Shown here piece after piece: positions 49,301-61,300 of a stretch of DNA of 64,000 nucleotides. This DNA is from Klebsormidium nitens. Taxonomy: Eukaryota; Plantae; Klebsormidiophyceae. Positions within the stretch are counted from its first letter, which is position 1. Every line of letters starts with the position of its first letter. The notes under the pieces were generated by a model, which saw only the letters and a list, made by a program, of their open reading frames with translations, did no database searches and was not told the DNA's origin. The translations under genes were made by a program, and so were the position numbers. The stretch lies in assembly GCA_000708835.1 (NCBI GenBank), contig DF237458.1, positions 1-64,000 of the forward strand, in the 5' to 3' direction.

Positions 49301-52300
49301 GGGCGTCACCATGATGGTGCCCAACAGACAGATCATCATGAAGGTCAGACCAGAGCTGCTTAAACCACTCATTCCTCTGAAGTCGCAGCCAGCCCTCGGC
49401 TTTTCAAGACTCGCACTCCCAGCAGAGGGTTGGTTTCAGGTTCCTGTTGTGTGCTCATTCGACTCCCACACCCTTTGCACGTTTTCAACCACCATTTGTT
49501 GGCTTGAAGTTCTTCTTCCGTCAAGTCGTCAAGCTGCCCACATGCGTTCCAGAAAGATCATGTCACTACGAAAGCTGAGAGAAGCGTAGCGCTCATTTGT
49601 CAATGTGCTGACCCGCGATGACATTCGGTGTCGCAGGTGAAGCTGGCGGCGTGCGGGTTCCAGGAGAACGACATCTTGGCCAAGAAGTTCTTCGTGCTGT
49701 ACGGCCTGTGCGAGCAGCAGCTGAGCAAGCAGCCGCACTACGACTTCGGGCTGCGCAACATCCTGTCGGTGCTGCGCACGGCGGGCGGGCAGAAGCGGCA
49801 GAACCCGGACAAGAGTGAGACGTTCCTCATGATGCGCACGCTGCGCGACATGAACCTCTCCAAGTTCGTCGCGGAGGACGTCCCGCTCTTCCTCTCGCTC
49901 ATCGAGGACCTCTTCCCTGGGATCAAGGCCGAGAAGGCCACCTTCAAGGAGGTGAGCGCGCGCGCGCGCAGTGTGGAGAGCCTTTCGTTTGCTCCAACGG
50001 GCTGTCGTCCGACCTTGAACGTTCAAGTCACCATTACATAAAGCAATTGGACTGCCCCTACGTTTTGATGTGCCTTCTTGATTGACTACCATTTTTGAAA
50101 GGCCATCTGGGCACTTATTCTGACTGTAATGCTGTCAAGCGTTGGTTGCAGAGCGTTTCTGTTCGGACCTCGGATCGACGTACATGCACATTTGTCCGTA
50201 TTATCAAAGGACCTTTTGCCGCATATGTCTCAGCTCCACATGACGCAGTTTGCCATGTTCCACGAGAGACGCCCCTGTGGAGCTAACAGTACCCAGCTTT
50301 TCTTTACAGGTCGAGGACGCGCTGCTGCGGCAGGTCGCAGAGCGGGGCCTGCAGCCGCACCCGAGCTGGCTGCAGAAGTGCATCCAGCTGTACGAGACGT
50401 ACCAGGTGCGCCACGGAATCATGGTCGTGGGCCCCACCGGAGCCGGAAAGACTGCCATCACCACGTGCCTCGCGGCCGCGCTGAGCGAGGTGACGACGAA
50501 ACACGTCATCTGGAGGATGAACCCGAAGGCCATCACGGCGCCCCAGATGTTCGGGCGTCTGGATCCGGTGACCGGGGACTGGACGGACGGCATCTTCGCG
50601 GTGCTGTGGCGGAAGGCGGCCAAGAGCAAGAACCAGAACACATGGATCGTGCTGGACGGGCCCGTGGACGCCATCTGGATCGAGAACCTCAACACCGTGC
50701 TCGACGACAACAAGGTCAGCCGCTGCAATCCATCTGCATTTCTATAGGTATCTGGTTGCTGGAGATATGCGCAAAACTCTGAAGCCTTCAATGTGGCTCC
50801 TTCAAGCCCGTTCTGTCAGAGGGCCGATCGCTCAGTTGGGGGTGAGGTTCCCGCGTTGACCCCGCTAATGCTTCTGTTTTTCGTTTGCATGCTCTCTGAT
50901 AATCCAAAGGATCAAATGTCAAGGAACAAGGGTAGCCTACCGCTGGAAGTGAGGACCACAAAGCACTCACTTCTTGATTGTCAGATCGACAAAAATGCAG
51001 CCTGTACTCAGCAACTGCGGATTGCACCTCCTCAGGTGCTCACTTTGGCGAACGGCGACCGCATCCCGATGATCGGGCAGATGAAGGCGATGTTCGAGCC
51101 GGAGAACCTGGCGAACGCGTCGCCGGCGACGGTGTCCCGGGCGGGCATCATCTACATCAGCGAGACCGAGCTCGGGTGGGAGCCCGTGGTGCAGAGCTGG
51201 CTCGAGAAGCGGCGCCCCGCGGAGGCCGCGCTGCTCAAGCCGTGCTTCGCCAAGTACGTCGCGGAGATGCTGCAGTTCGTGCGGCTGGAGACGCGGGAGG
51301 TCATGAAGAACCAGCCCGTCTGCCAGGTGAGGCCACCCGAGAGGAAGGCGTGCTGCCGCGCAACTCACGCACTTCATGTGGAACAGCCCATACTCTGAAC
51401 GTTTAACACAGTTTGTGCAGAATCCGAGGCTGGCCAATATTCCAAGGTCTGTTCCGCGAGGAAAAGTAGGCTGTTCGGTACCCGCTCATAGATGCTGGGC
51501 ACGAATGTAAGAAGGAACGTTGGATGCTTTCCCGCAACAAGGAACTTTGCGGAAGAAAGTCACATTTATGCTCTCCTTTCTGAGTTGAGGGTGTAGGGGA
51601 ATCAAAAGCTTCTCTGGCTTGGTACATCGGGCACCGCTAATCCCACGGTCCAATGCTGGCAGGTGAACACGCTGCTGACGCTGCTGGCGTCGTGCCTGCA
51701 CAACACGGTGGAGGCGAACGAGTTTTTGAGCGAGGGCCACTACGAGCGCATCTTTTTGTACGCGCTCGCGTGGTCCGTCGGCGGCCTGCTCGGCATCGAC
51801 GACCGCAAGCTCTTCGACAAAAGGCTCCGCCAGCTGTCCGACAACATGCCGGAATCCGACGGAACGGACGGCGTCTACGAGTTCCTGGTGAACGAGGAGA
51901 ACACGCAGTGGGAGCACTGGAGCGGCCACGTGCCCAGCTGGGAGTACCCTGCTGACGTGGAGACGCCCAAGTTCGCGTCGCTCGTGATCCCCACCATGGA
52001 CTCCGTGCGCCTGGAGGCGCTGCTGCGGCTCGTGTTCGTGGAGAATGGAGCCACCCTGCTGGTGAGGCGCATTTCAGCACTCACTTCAGGCTCACTGAGA
52101 GGTTTCTGTGCTGAACCGAGCATCTTCGCGACTGCAGCATTCCATTCTCCATTCTTTTTACGCCTGGCCTGCTTAGGATCCGGGTTTTGCGAGATACCGC
52201 TGGATCGAGGAGTTGTATTGGGCGTGGACCAAACGTCGGCGAAGCTAAAGTGGACTGGCGTCGAAGCGCGCTTTAGCCCAAACGTCGGCGGAGCTAAAGT

Positions 52301-55300
52301 GGACTGGCGTCGAGAGCGCGCTTTAGCCCAAATCCTCTCCTGGCATGCTGCATTCCACGCCTTGAGAAATGAACCTACTCTATTTCTGCAATTTCTTCGA
52401 ATAGCAATTTCGGATAGCAACAAGCAGTACGTGCATTCTGTCCCGCAGAAGCTTCTCTCATTGGGGCTGAAACATCCGAGCGCTTTGGGCCTATGGAGAC
52501 CGCGGGAGGCAACGCTTTGTTCTCGAGGTTTCGGGCAGTACGGCCCCGTCTTCAAGCAATTGCATGTCTGATGTGTCCCTTGTTTTCTTTCTTCAGGTGG
52601 GCGGCCCGGGCACGGCCAAGACGGCGACGGTGAACCAGTTTTTGAGCAAGCTGAACCCGGACCAGATGAGCAGCAAGACCATCACCTTCAGCAGCCTGAC
52701 GACGCCCAAGATCTTCCAGGCCTCCATCGAGGGGGCCGTCGAGAAGCGGCAGGGCCGCACCTTCGGGCCGCCCGGCGGGAAGCGGATGGTCGTCTTTGTT
52801 GACGACGTCAGCATGCCCAGCGTCAACGTGTGGGGAGACCAGGTGAGCCGCGTGGTAGCCGTAGGGCCAGGACTGAGCAAATATTTTGGGCTGTTGTGGA
52901 GAAAGGCGTTGAGAGCGCCAATTCCAAGACTGAACCCCTCAGAAAACTTCAAAGCTTTTAGAGACTCCTCCCGTGAGACTTTCGGAGGCCGGGCCGTGCT
53001 ATTGCGCAGGCGATGGTTGATATCGATCTCGTCTCTTCTTCTCACGAGCTCAGTAGCCACCTTGACTTGTACTAGAGCTGGTGTCTGGAAATTTCAAGCT
53101 TCGAAAGCATACAATAATTCGTCGATATGACCGATTTCATCTGTGATTGCTGACTGCTGTTTGTTCCTGTGTCGGCAGGTGACGAACGAGATCGTGCGGC
53201 AGCTGCTGGACCAGGGCGGCTTCTACAGCCTGGAGAAGCCGGGCGACATGAACAAGGTGGTGGACACGCTGTACATCGCCGCCATGAACCAGCCCGGCGG
53301 CGGCAAGAACGACATCCCCAACCGCCTCAAACGCCAGTTCGCCACCTTCAACGTGCCGCTACCCAGCACAGCAGCCATCAACAACATCTTCGGCAGCCTT
53401 GTCGCAGGACGGTGAGACGCGCTGCCCAGATCTCGTCTCGGCCTAGGGAGACCTCCTTCCTTGTCTACAAACCGAAGTTTTGGGGCATCCAAGGCCTGGA
53501 AGTTCCTCCTCCATCGTTCTAAGCTGCCGCATTGCCGCATCGAATAAGTAGATATTACGCTGGTGGGCTTTGGAAAGCTTGCTCTCCCATGTAAAAGTAA
53601 AGAGCAACCTCCAGGCGGGCTGTAGCTGGTGCAATAGCGAGCAGACCCTTCAATCCATCAATGACATTGAGGCACATTTGAAGGGACTGCAGTGGGTAAC
53701 TGGCGTCCACTCAGGAGAACATTATTATACAACGTGCGGTAGTACGCAGTATCCATTTACGCATTTCCATTGCCGCGCAGGTTCGGCGCGGCGCACTTCA
53801 GCGCGGCGGTGGTGGAGGTGGCGGCCAAGCTGGTGCCGGCGACGATCAAGCTGTGGAGCACGGTGACCGCCAAGATGCTGCCCACGCCCGCCAAGTTCCA
53901 CTACCTCTTCAACATGCGCGAGCTCTCCCGGGTCTTCCAGGTACGCGCGCGCGCGCACGCGCTCTGTTATATTTGTGCCGAGTCTGCGGAGTTGCGCGTT
54001 AGGATGCAGATCCCTTCTTCTGATGGAGCGATCAGAAAAGTCGGTAGTCAAGAAAGGCGAAATGAACTTCTCAGTGTGAAGGTTCACAGGGCTTCATGCG
54101 GCATGCAAGCAGATGAACGCAAGCTTGATTCGTAGAACGTTCAGATTCTGCCAGGTGTGTGCAAGACAAGTATCATCATTCGGCACGAAAAACGATCCCG
54201 GAATCTGACTGCAAGTGCCGGAAAAAATCTTGGAATTCTTTGACTGCAGCTGTCACGTTATGTGAGCTACTTTTCAATTCCTGAATCATCTTAGTTCGAG
54301 TCACAGTGTTACACTCTATCCGCAGGGCATCATCCTCGCGGCGCCGGACCGCTTCGACAAGACCGCGAAGGCCGGCACGTTTGGGGGCACGGTGAAGTCC
54401 CCCGAGGGCTACTTGCTCGCGCTGTGGCGCCACGAGTGCGAGCGCGTGTTCGCGGACAAGATGACCAACCCCGTGGACAAGGCCTGGGTGTCGGACGCCA
54501 TCATGTCGCTGGCGTCCGAGTCGTACGGCAAGGAGATGACGGCGCAGATCGAGGAGCCGCTGTACTTCGTCGACTTTCTGCGCGAGGCGGCGGTGGACGC
54601 GGAGGGCAACGTGGCGGCGGAGCGGCCCAAGAAGTACGAGGCCGTGCGCGACCTGAGCACGCTCAAGGAGCGGGTGGAGGCGCTGCAGAAAAAGTTCAAC
54701 GAGGACAACAAGGTCAGCGCATGCGCATCTGGCCACCGCCGCCGTCAGGCGCAGGCTTGAAGCTAGAGGTGATAGTGTGGCAACGAAGATGGTTCGGTCG
54801 TATCCTGTCCAATTTCCCTCAGGTTCTTAAATTGTGCTGTCTTACCGGCCCCGCAAGCGGCACAACAATCATAGTTCACCAACTTTCCAATTGAATTTGG
54901 ACTTGTGAGTACTTCACAGCCTTAAAGACCGGAGGCAGTACTACTAGTCTAGGAGTCAAGCAGCTGAGCAATCTTGATTGCGCCCCCTCTTCCGAGCAAC
55001 ACAACAACCCCGCACTGCAGGTTAGCAAGCTGAAATAGATCAGAATTGAAGCGGCATTGCAAGCTCGAAGATTCGAACAAGGATGGTGCACAAACCGGAA
55101 TGCGGCCTCTTCTGCTTTGCAACTCCACGGAGACAGTCAACCGATCCCAGCAGCCTCTGTTTTTCGGCGCAGGTGGGCAAGCTGGAGCTGGTGCTGTTCG
55201 AGGACGCGCTGCGTCACATGATGCGCATCAGCCGGCTGCTGGGCATGGACCGCGGCTCCGCGCTGCTGGTCGGCGTGGGCGGCTCCGGCAAGCAGAGCCT

Positions 55301-58300
55301 CACGCGCCTCGCGGCCTACATCGCGGGCGCGTTCACGTTCCAGATCACCATCACCAAGACGTACAACGTGACCAACCTGCTGGAGGACATCAAGGCGCTC
55401 TACAAGGTCGCCGGCTTCAAGGGCCAGCCCGTGGCGTTCGTCTTCACGGACGCGGAGGTGAAGGAGGAGGCGTTCCTGGAGTACGTGAACCAGCTGCTGA
55501 TGACGGGCGAGGTGGCGGGCCTGCTGGCCAAGGACGAGGTGGACCTCATCGTGAACGACATCCGGCCCGTCATGAAGGCCGCGCAGCCGGACACCGTGGA
55601 CACGTACGAGAACCTGTACAAGTTCTTCATCGACCGCGTGCGCGACAACCTGCACGTCGTGCTCTGCTTCTCGCCCGTCGGCGACAAGTTTGCGCGGCGC
55701 GCCATGCAGTTCCCGGGGCTCATCAACGGCTGCACCATTGACTGGTTCCTGCCATGGCCCGTCGACGCGCTCAAGGTGGGGGCCCTCGACACCTTCGCCT
55801 AGACTTTTTTGTCGCTCCCCCTCGATCCGATTGTTTCTCTATCTGGCATCGTTCAAGGAGGTGCAAAGGCTCCTTAGCCAAGCTGTTGAGTAGCATTGTT
55901 GACGGTAGTCTCGAGACCTTCGTTCAGAAGGTTCCTGCTAAGTTTGAAAGCGGTTGATTGATAGGCTTGCGATAAGGCACTGTGTCTTTCCTGAAGCCCT
56001 GGAAAAAGACGGTGAATACATTTGCCTCTTCATCCTGCCTCTGTCCAGCTCTCCTCTCTTCCCCGGCTCTGCTGTTCGCACCCACAAGGACCTCTTTGCT
56101 ATCTGCTTGCCTACTTTTCTGCTCCAAGCTGACTTCACCGGACAATCTCTTGTAGGTAAGGATTTGAACAAAGATCGATTTTCTGGCCGTCCAAGGGCCT
56201 CCAAGATAAGCCTGACACTTATCCTTGCCACGCCGTGTGATGCAGGGCGTGGCGACCAAGTTCGTGAGTAACTTCGAGATGAGCAGCAGCGCGGAGGTCA
56301 AGGCGGAGCTGATCAACCACATGGCCCACGTGCACAACGCGGTGACCGCCGCCTGCTCCGAGTACTTCGACCGCTACCGCCGCCACGTGTACGTCACCCC
56401 CAAGAGCTACCTGTCGTTCATCAACGGCTACAAGTCGCTGTACTCGCGCAAGTTCGCGGAGGTGAAGGAGCTGTCGGACAAGATCAGCAGCGGGCTGGCC
56501 AAGCTGAACCAGGCCAAGACGGATGTGGGCAGGATGAAAATCGAGCTGGCCGCCAAGAACGTGTCGCTCGCGGAGGCGCAGAAGGTGACGGAGGGGTTGC
56601 TCAAGGAGATCAGCGCGAGCACGGCGGTCGCGGAGAAGGAGAAGGCCAAGGTGTCGGTGGTGCAGAGCCAGGCGAAGCAGATGGCGGACGAGATCGGGAA
56701 AACCAAGGAAGACGCCGAGCGGGTGAGTCAATCGTGTGCTGTTGTTTCCAAACCGTATGCATGAGGCGGAGAGGAAATCATGCTGGACCCTTGGATATAA
56801 GTGAGGTTTCTTGAAGCGTTGGAGCTCTTTTAAAGCTGCAGTTCGTGGCCAGCGAAGATCAGCTGCTCAATGCTCTTAGGTTAGGACATATTAAACAAGC
56901 GTGGCATGGTTCTCAATTAAGCCCAGCATGTTGCTTGCAGAGATGCTCCGCTCGAGGAAAGGGAACTAAGTCGTCGATCCTCCTTTTCTTTCTCTCGCAT
57001 TCTCAATTGCACGAGACACACCTTGAATGTATTCAAGGAAGGTTTCCGACGGGAACTTTTTTTGCTTCAAATTTGTGCTAAGAATTCATAATTCTTTTCC
57101 AGAGGAGTTACCTGTGCTGTTTGTTCTCCGCAGGATCTGGCGGCGGCGAAGCCCGCGATGGAGGAGGCGGTGGCGGCGCTGAGCAGCATCAGCAGCAAGG
57201 ACATCAGCACTCTCAAGCAGCTGAAGAAGCCGCCGGACATCGTGAAGCGCATCTTCGACACGGTGCTGGTGCTCAAGCAGCAGCCGCTGAACAAGGTGGA
57301 GTACGAGGACCAGAAGGGCGAGCAGGTGGTCTCGTCCAGCTACCAGTACAGCATCAACATGATGTCCGACATGGGCTTCCTCGGCACGCTCATGAACTTC
57401 CCCAAGGAGCAAATCAACGACGAAACCATCGAGCTGCTTCAGGTGAGGCCACAAGTGCTCGGCAGAGCCTTGCGTCAAAAGTGATTGAGAAGTTGGTCCT
57501 TCAGGGCATTCGTGGCTTCGCAAAAAGTCTGAGCGGGCTCTGTGAATGTGACGTGGGTATCTGACAACGTATATCACATGTTCTTGAAATCGTTCTTTGC
57601 AGCCCCAAGGTGATGCCGTCCAGTAAGGAGCCTTCAATCCGCATGCTTAATCCCTGAGTTGTGGAGACGAAGGAATACGGGATACTCACATATTTTGACA
57701 CCCGACCTAGGGGCATAGCGTGGCCTTTCCTTTGCTTTGCATCGTCTGATGACCCTCTCCGTATTTCCGCAGCCGTACTTCCGGTCGACGGACTACAATT
57801 ACGATGCCGCGAAGAAGGCGAGCGGCAACGTGGCTGGCCTGTGCTCGTGGTGCAAGGCCATGTGCACCTACCACGAGGTCGCCAAGGTCGTCGAGCCCAA
57901 GATCGCCGCCCTCATGGCCTCCGAGGCCGAGCTCAAGGTCAGCCGCCCGCGCGCAACCATTCTGTGACTACCAGCTTTTCTCAGGGCTAAAGACTCAATT
58001 TCCTGAGCGCTTGCACAAAGGAGATGCTCACAGATGCGTCCCAGCACATCTTCCCCACTTTCCAAAATGTTCACTTTTGAGATCGCGTGATGCTGTCGCC
58101 GTCGCTTCTTAGCAGCAGTCCAGCTTGCCATTTCCAAGCCAGGTATTTGTCAAACGTGACAATCTCTGGTCCAAACAAGCACGCCAAATCCCTATAAGGA
58201 GTAAGCATAAGAACAGAACGGATCTCTAACATTTCCGGTGACCTGATCCCCGCCCCCTCGTGTTGCTGCAGATTGCGACGAAGAAGCTGAACGAGGCGGA

Positions 58301-61300
58301 GGAGAAGATGGCGGCGGTGCAGCGCGAGCTGGACCGCATGCAGACGCAGTTCGACGCCGCGATGAAGGAGAAGCGCATGCTGGAGGAGGACGCCAATTTG
58401 ACGCAGCGCAAGATGGACACCGCCACCGCGCTCATCAAGGCGCTCGCCGGCGAGGAGACGCGCTGGACGGCGCAGAGCAACGAGTTCGCCGCCACCATTC
58501 AGCGCCTCGCCGGCGACTGCGCGCTCGCCAGCAGCTTCGTCTCCTACTGCGGGCCCTTCAACAAGGAGTTCCGCGAGCTGCTGCTCACGCGGGACCTCGT
58601 CCAGGTCAGCGCGTCGCCCGCCGCAGCTTTGCTGTGTCTTCTTGACGGGCTGTGGTCGTTAGCAAGCCAGCGTTTGCTTTGCTTTGAATGAGACTGCGCC
58701 CACAACTGACAGCATGCCATACTCTTTGTCTACATTTACGTCAATCTTTATGCGCACACTCCAGAAAATCGGCTGACGACAGGAATTGCAGGATAAGCGT
58801 CCGGCTGTGCTCTTGTTTTCCGCCGCTTCAAGCGTTCTGATGCGATCTAAGTAAGTGGGACTCTCATCTACTTTAATCAAAACGGTCAGATGCTGACACT
58901 CCCGTTTCCCGCTCCCGCGCGCAGGACTGCGTGGCGCGCAAGATCCCGGTGAGCGAGCAGCTGGCGGTGACCCAGTTCTTGGTGGACGAGGCGGAGCCCG
59001 GGGAGTGGATCCTGCAGGGCCTGCCCACCGACGAGCTGAGCCTGCAGAACGGCATCCTGGTCACGCGCGCCACGCGCTGGCCCGTGCTCGTGGACCCGCA
59101 GGGGCAGGGCCTGCTGTGGCTCAAAACCAAGGAGGCCGCCAACCAGCTGCGCGTCACCAGCCTCAACGACAAGCAGTTCCGCAACCACCTCGAGGACTGC
59201 CTCGTCTACGGCAAGCCGCTCCTCATCGAAAACATCGAGGAGGAGCTCGACCCGGTGAGCGCTGCGCGCCACGCGGGGCGCGCCACATGATGCCATTCAG
59301 TGGCAACTGAAATTTTCCTAGTTTTCTTAATTGCTGGAAGCTGCAAGCAGGGCTTCTTAGGAATTGCCGCTCTCTTGTGGTCGGTAGGCTTTAACAGGCT
59401 GTGACAAGGCTATTACTAGCGTCGGCACTGCTGTGCACCCTCTACGCATCAGGCAGAGTGTCCACTTAAAAGCTTTCCCTTACAATTGCTTTACTGGCTT
59501 TTTACAAGTCACAGCTGGTTCGGTCTTTCACGGTTCGTAAGACAACGTCAAGCCTGCAAGAACATGGACGTCTGAGACTCTCATAAGCTGGCGGTGACGT
59601 CTTACTCATTCCTGCGCCCGTGCCACAGGTGCTGGACCCGGTGCTGGAGAAGCGCATCGTGAAGAGCGGCAAGGGCTTCAAGATTGCATTGGCGGACAAG
59701 GAGGTCGACTACTCGCCCTCCTTCCAGCTATACCTCACCACGCGCCTCCCCAACCCGCACTTCACGCCCGAGCTCAGCGCCAAGGTACGTGGAACGCTTG
59801 GGCAGGGGGCAGCTGTCATCTAGCTACTCTGTTCTGGCGTTCATCGTATTTCTTCCTTGTCTCATTACAAAGTTGATTGCTTTTCAGCACTGAAGGGTGT
59901 AGAAAGGCTGAGTTGTAAGGCTGAATTGCGCCGTGTCGGCCTGCAGGTGACGGTGATTGACTTCACAGTGACGATGGCCGGCCTGGAGGACCAGCTGCTG
60001 GGCAAGCTCATCCTCAAGGAGAAGCACGAGCTGGAGGAGCAGCGCCAGAAGCTGCTCGAAGAAGTCAACAGGTGAGAACCGGCGGCACACCGGAATGTAC
60101 CACGCGCTAAGTTGTGATTCCAAGAATGCTAATGGTGAAGCGGCAAATACAGTAGTTAATAACACAGATCGGAGAGTACCAGTATTCTCAACTTGACGCC
60201 ACAAGCAAAGCCCTCTTGTCGGGATTGGCTCAACAAAAAAGTAAAGTCAGATTCCAACTTGGTCAAACCCGGTGGTCAGTCCCGGCAGTAGTAGCACTTT
60301 TAGGCGCCGCTAGAGGAACGGTTGTTGTGCCTGCTCGTGAATGTTAGTCCTCCTTGTCGCTTGTCTCACGCGCTGACGCTCCGGTTTGGCCGCTCTTCCT
60401 CTTGCAGCTACAAGAAGAAGATCAAGCAGCTGGAGGACGACCTGCTGTTCCGGCTGAGCACGAGCACGGGCAACCTGCTGGACGACACGGAGCTGATCGA
60501 CGTGCTGGCGGTGACCAAGCAGACCGCGCAGGACGTGAACGAGAAGCTGGCCAACGCCACGGAGACCAACCGCAAGATCACGGAGGCGTGCGAGGAGTAC
60601 CGCCCCGTGGCGCGGCGCGCGACGCTGGTGTACTTCCTCATCGCGGAGTTCAGCTGCGTGAACGTGATGTACCAGACGAGCCTGAAGCAGTTCAACCGGC
60701 TGTACGAGGGCGCCATCGACCACGCGGAGAAGGCGGTGATGCCCAGCAAGCGCATCGCCAACATCAGCGACTACCTCACCTTCTCGCTCTACAAGTACGT
60801 GCAGCGCGGCCTGTTCGAGCGGCACAAGCTGACGTTCGCGCTCATGCTGGCCATGCGCATCCTGGTGGCGGACAAGAAGCTGAGCGAGCCGGAGGTGGCG
60901 TGCCTGCTCAAGGGCGGCGCCGCGCTGGACATCAAGGCCGTGCGCAAGAAGGCTAAGGACTGGATCCCCGACGCCGTCTGGCTCAACGTCATCGCCATGA
61001 CCGCGCTGCCGCAGTTCCAGGTGGGTCCCAAGGGGTGGTCGGGATCAACTCAGTTCTTTCAGTCCTTCCAGTCTCACGGCGCAAGTATTCCTAGATTGAA
61101 GACAAAGGTCGCTTCAGCTCTAAACAAATACTTTTTGCACTGAGCCCAATTGGCAGCTAACACCGCGCGCTTCGATTCAGTTTGGCTTGCAGACACAAGC
61201 CACAATGTCCTGGCTCCCGGCATGCTTGCTTGTCACTGTAAGGTATATCATCTGCTGCTTGGAGGTGGAACCAAGGACTCCATTCCGAAAGCTCTAAAGT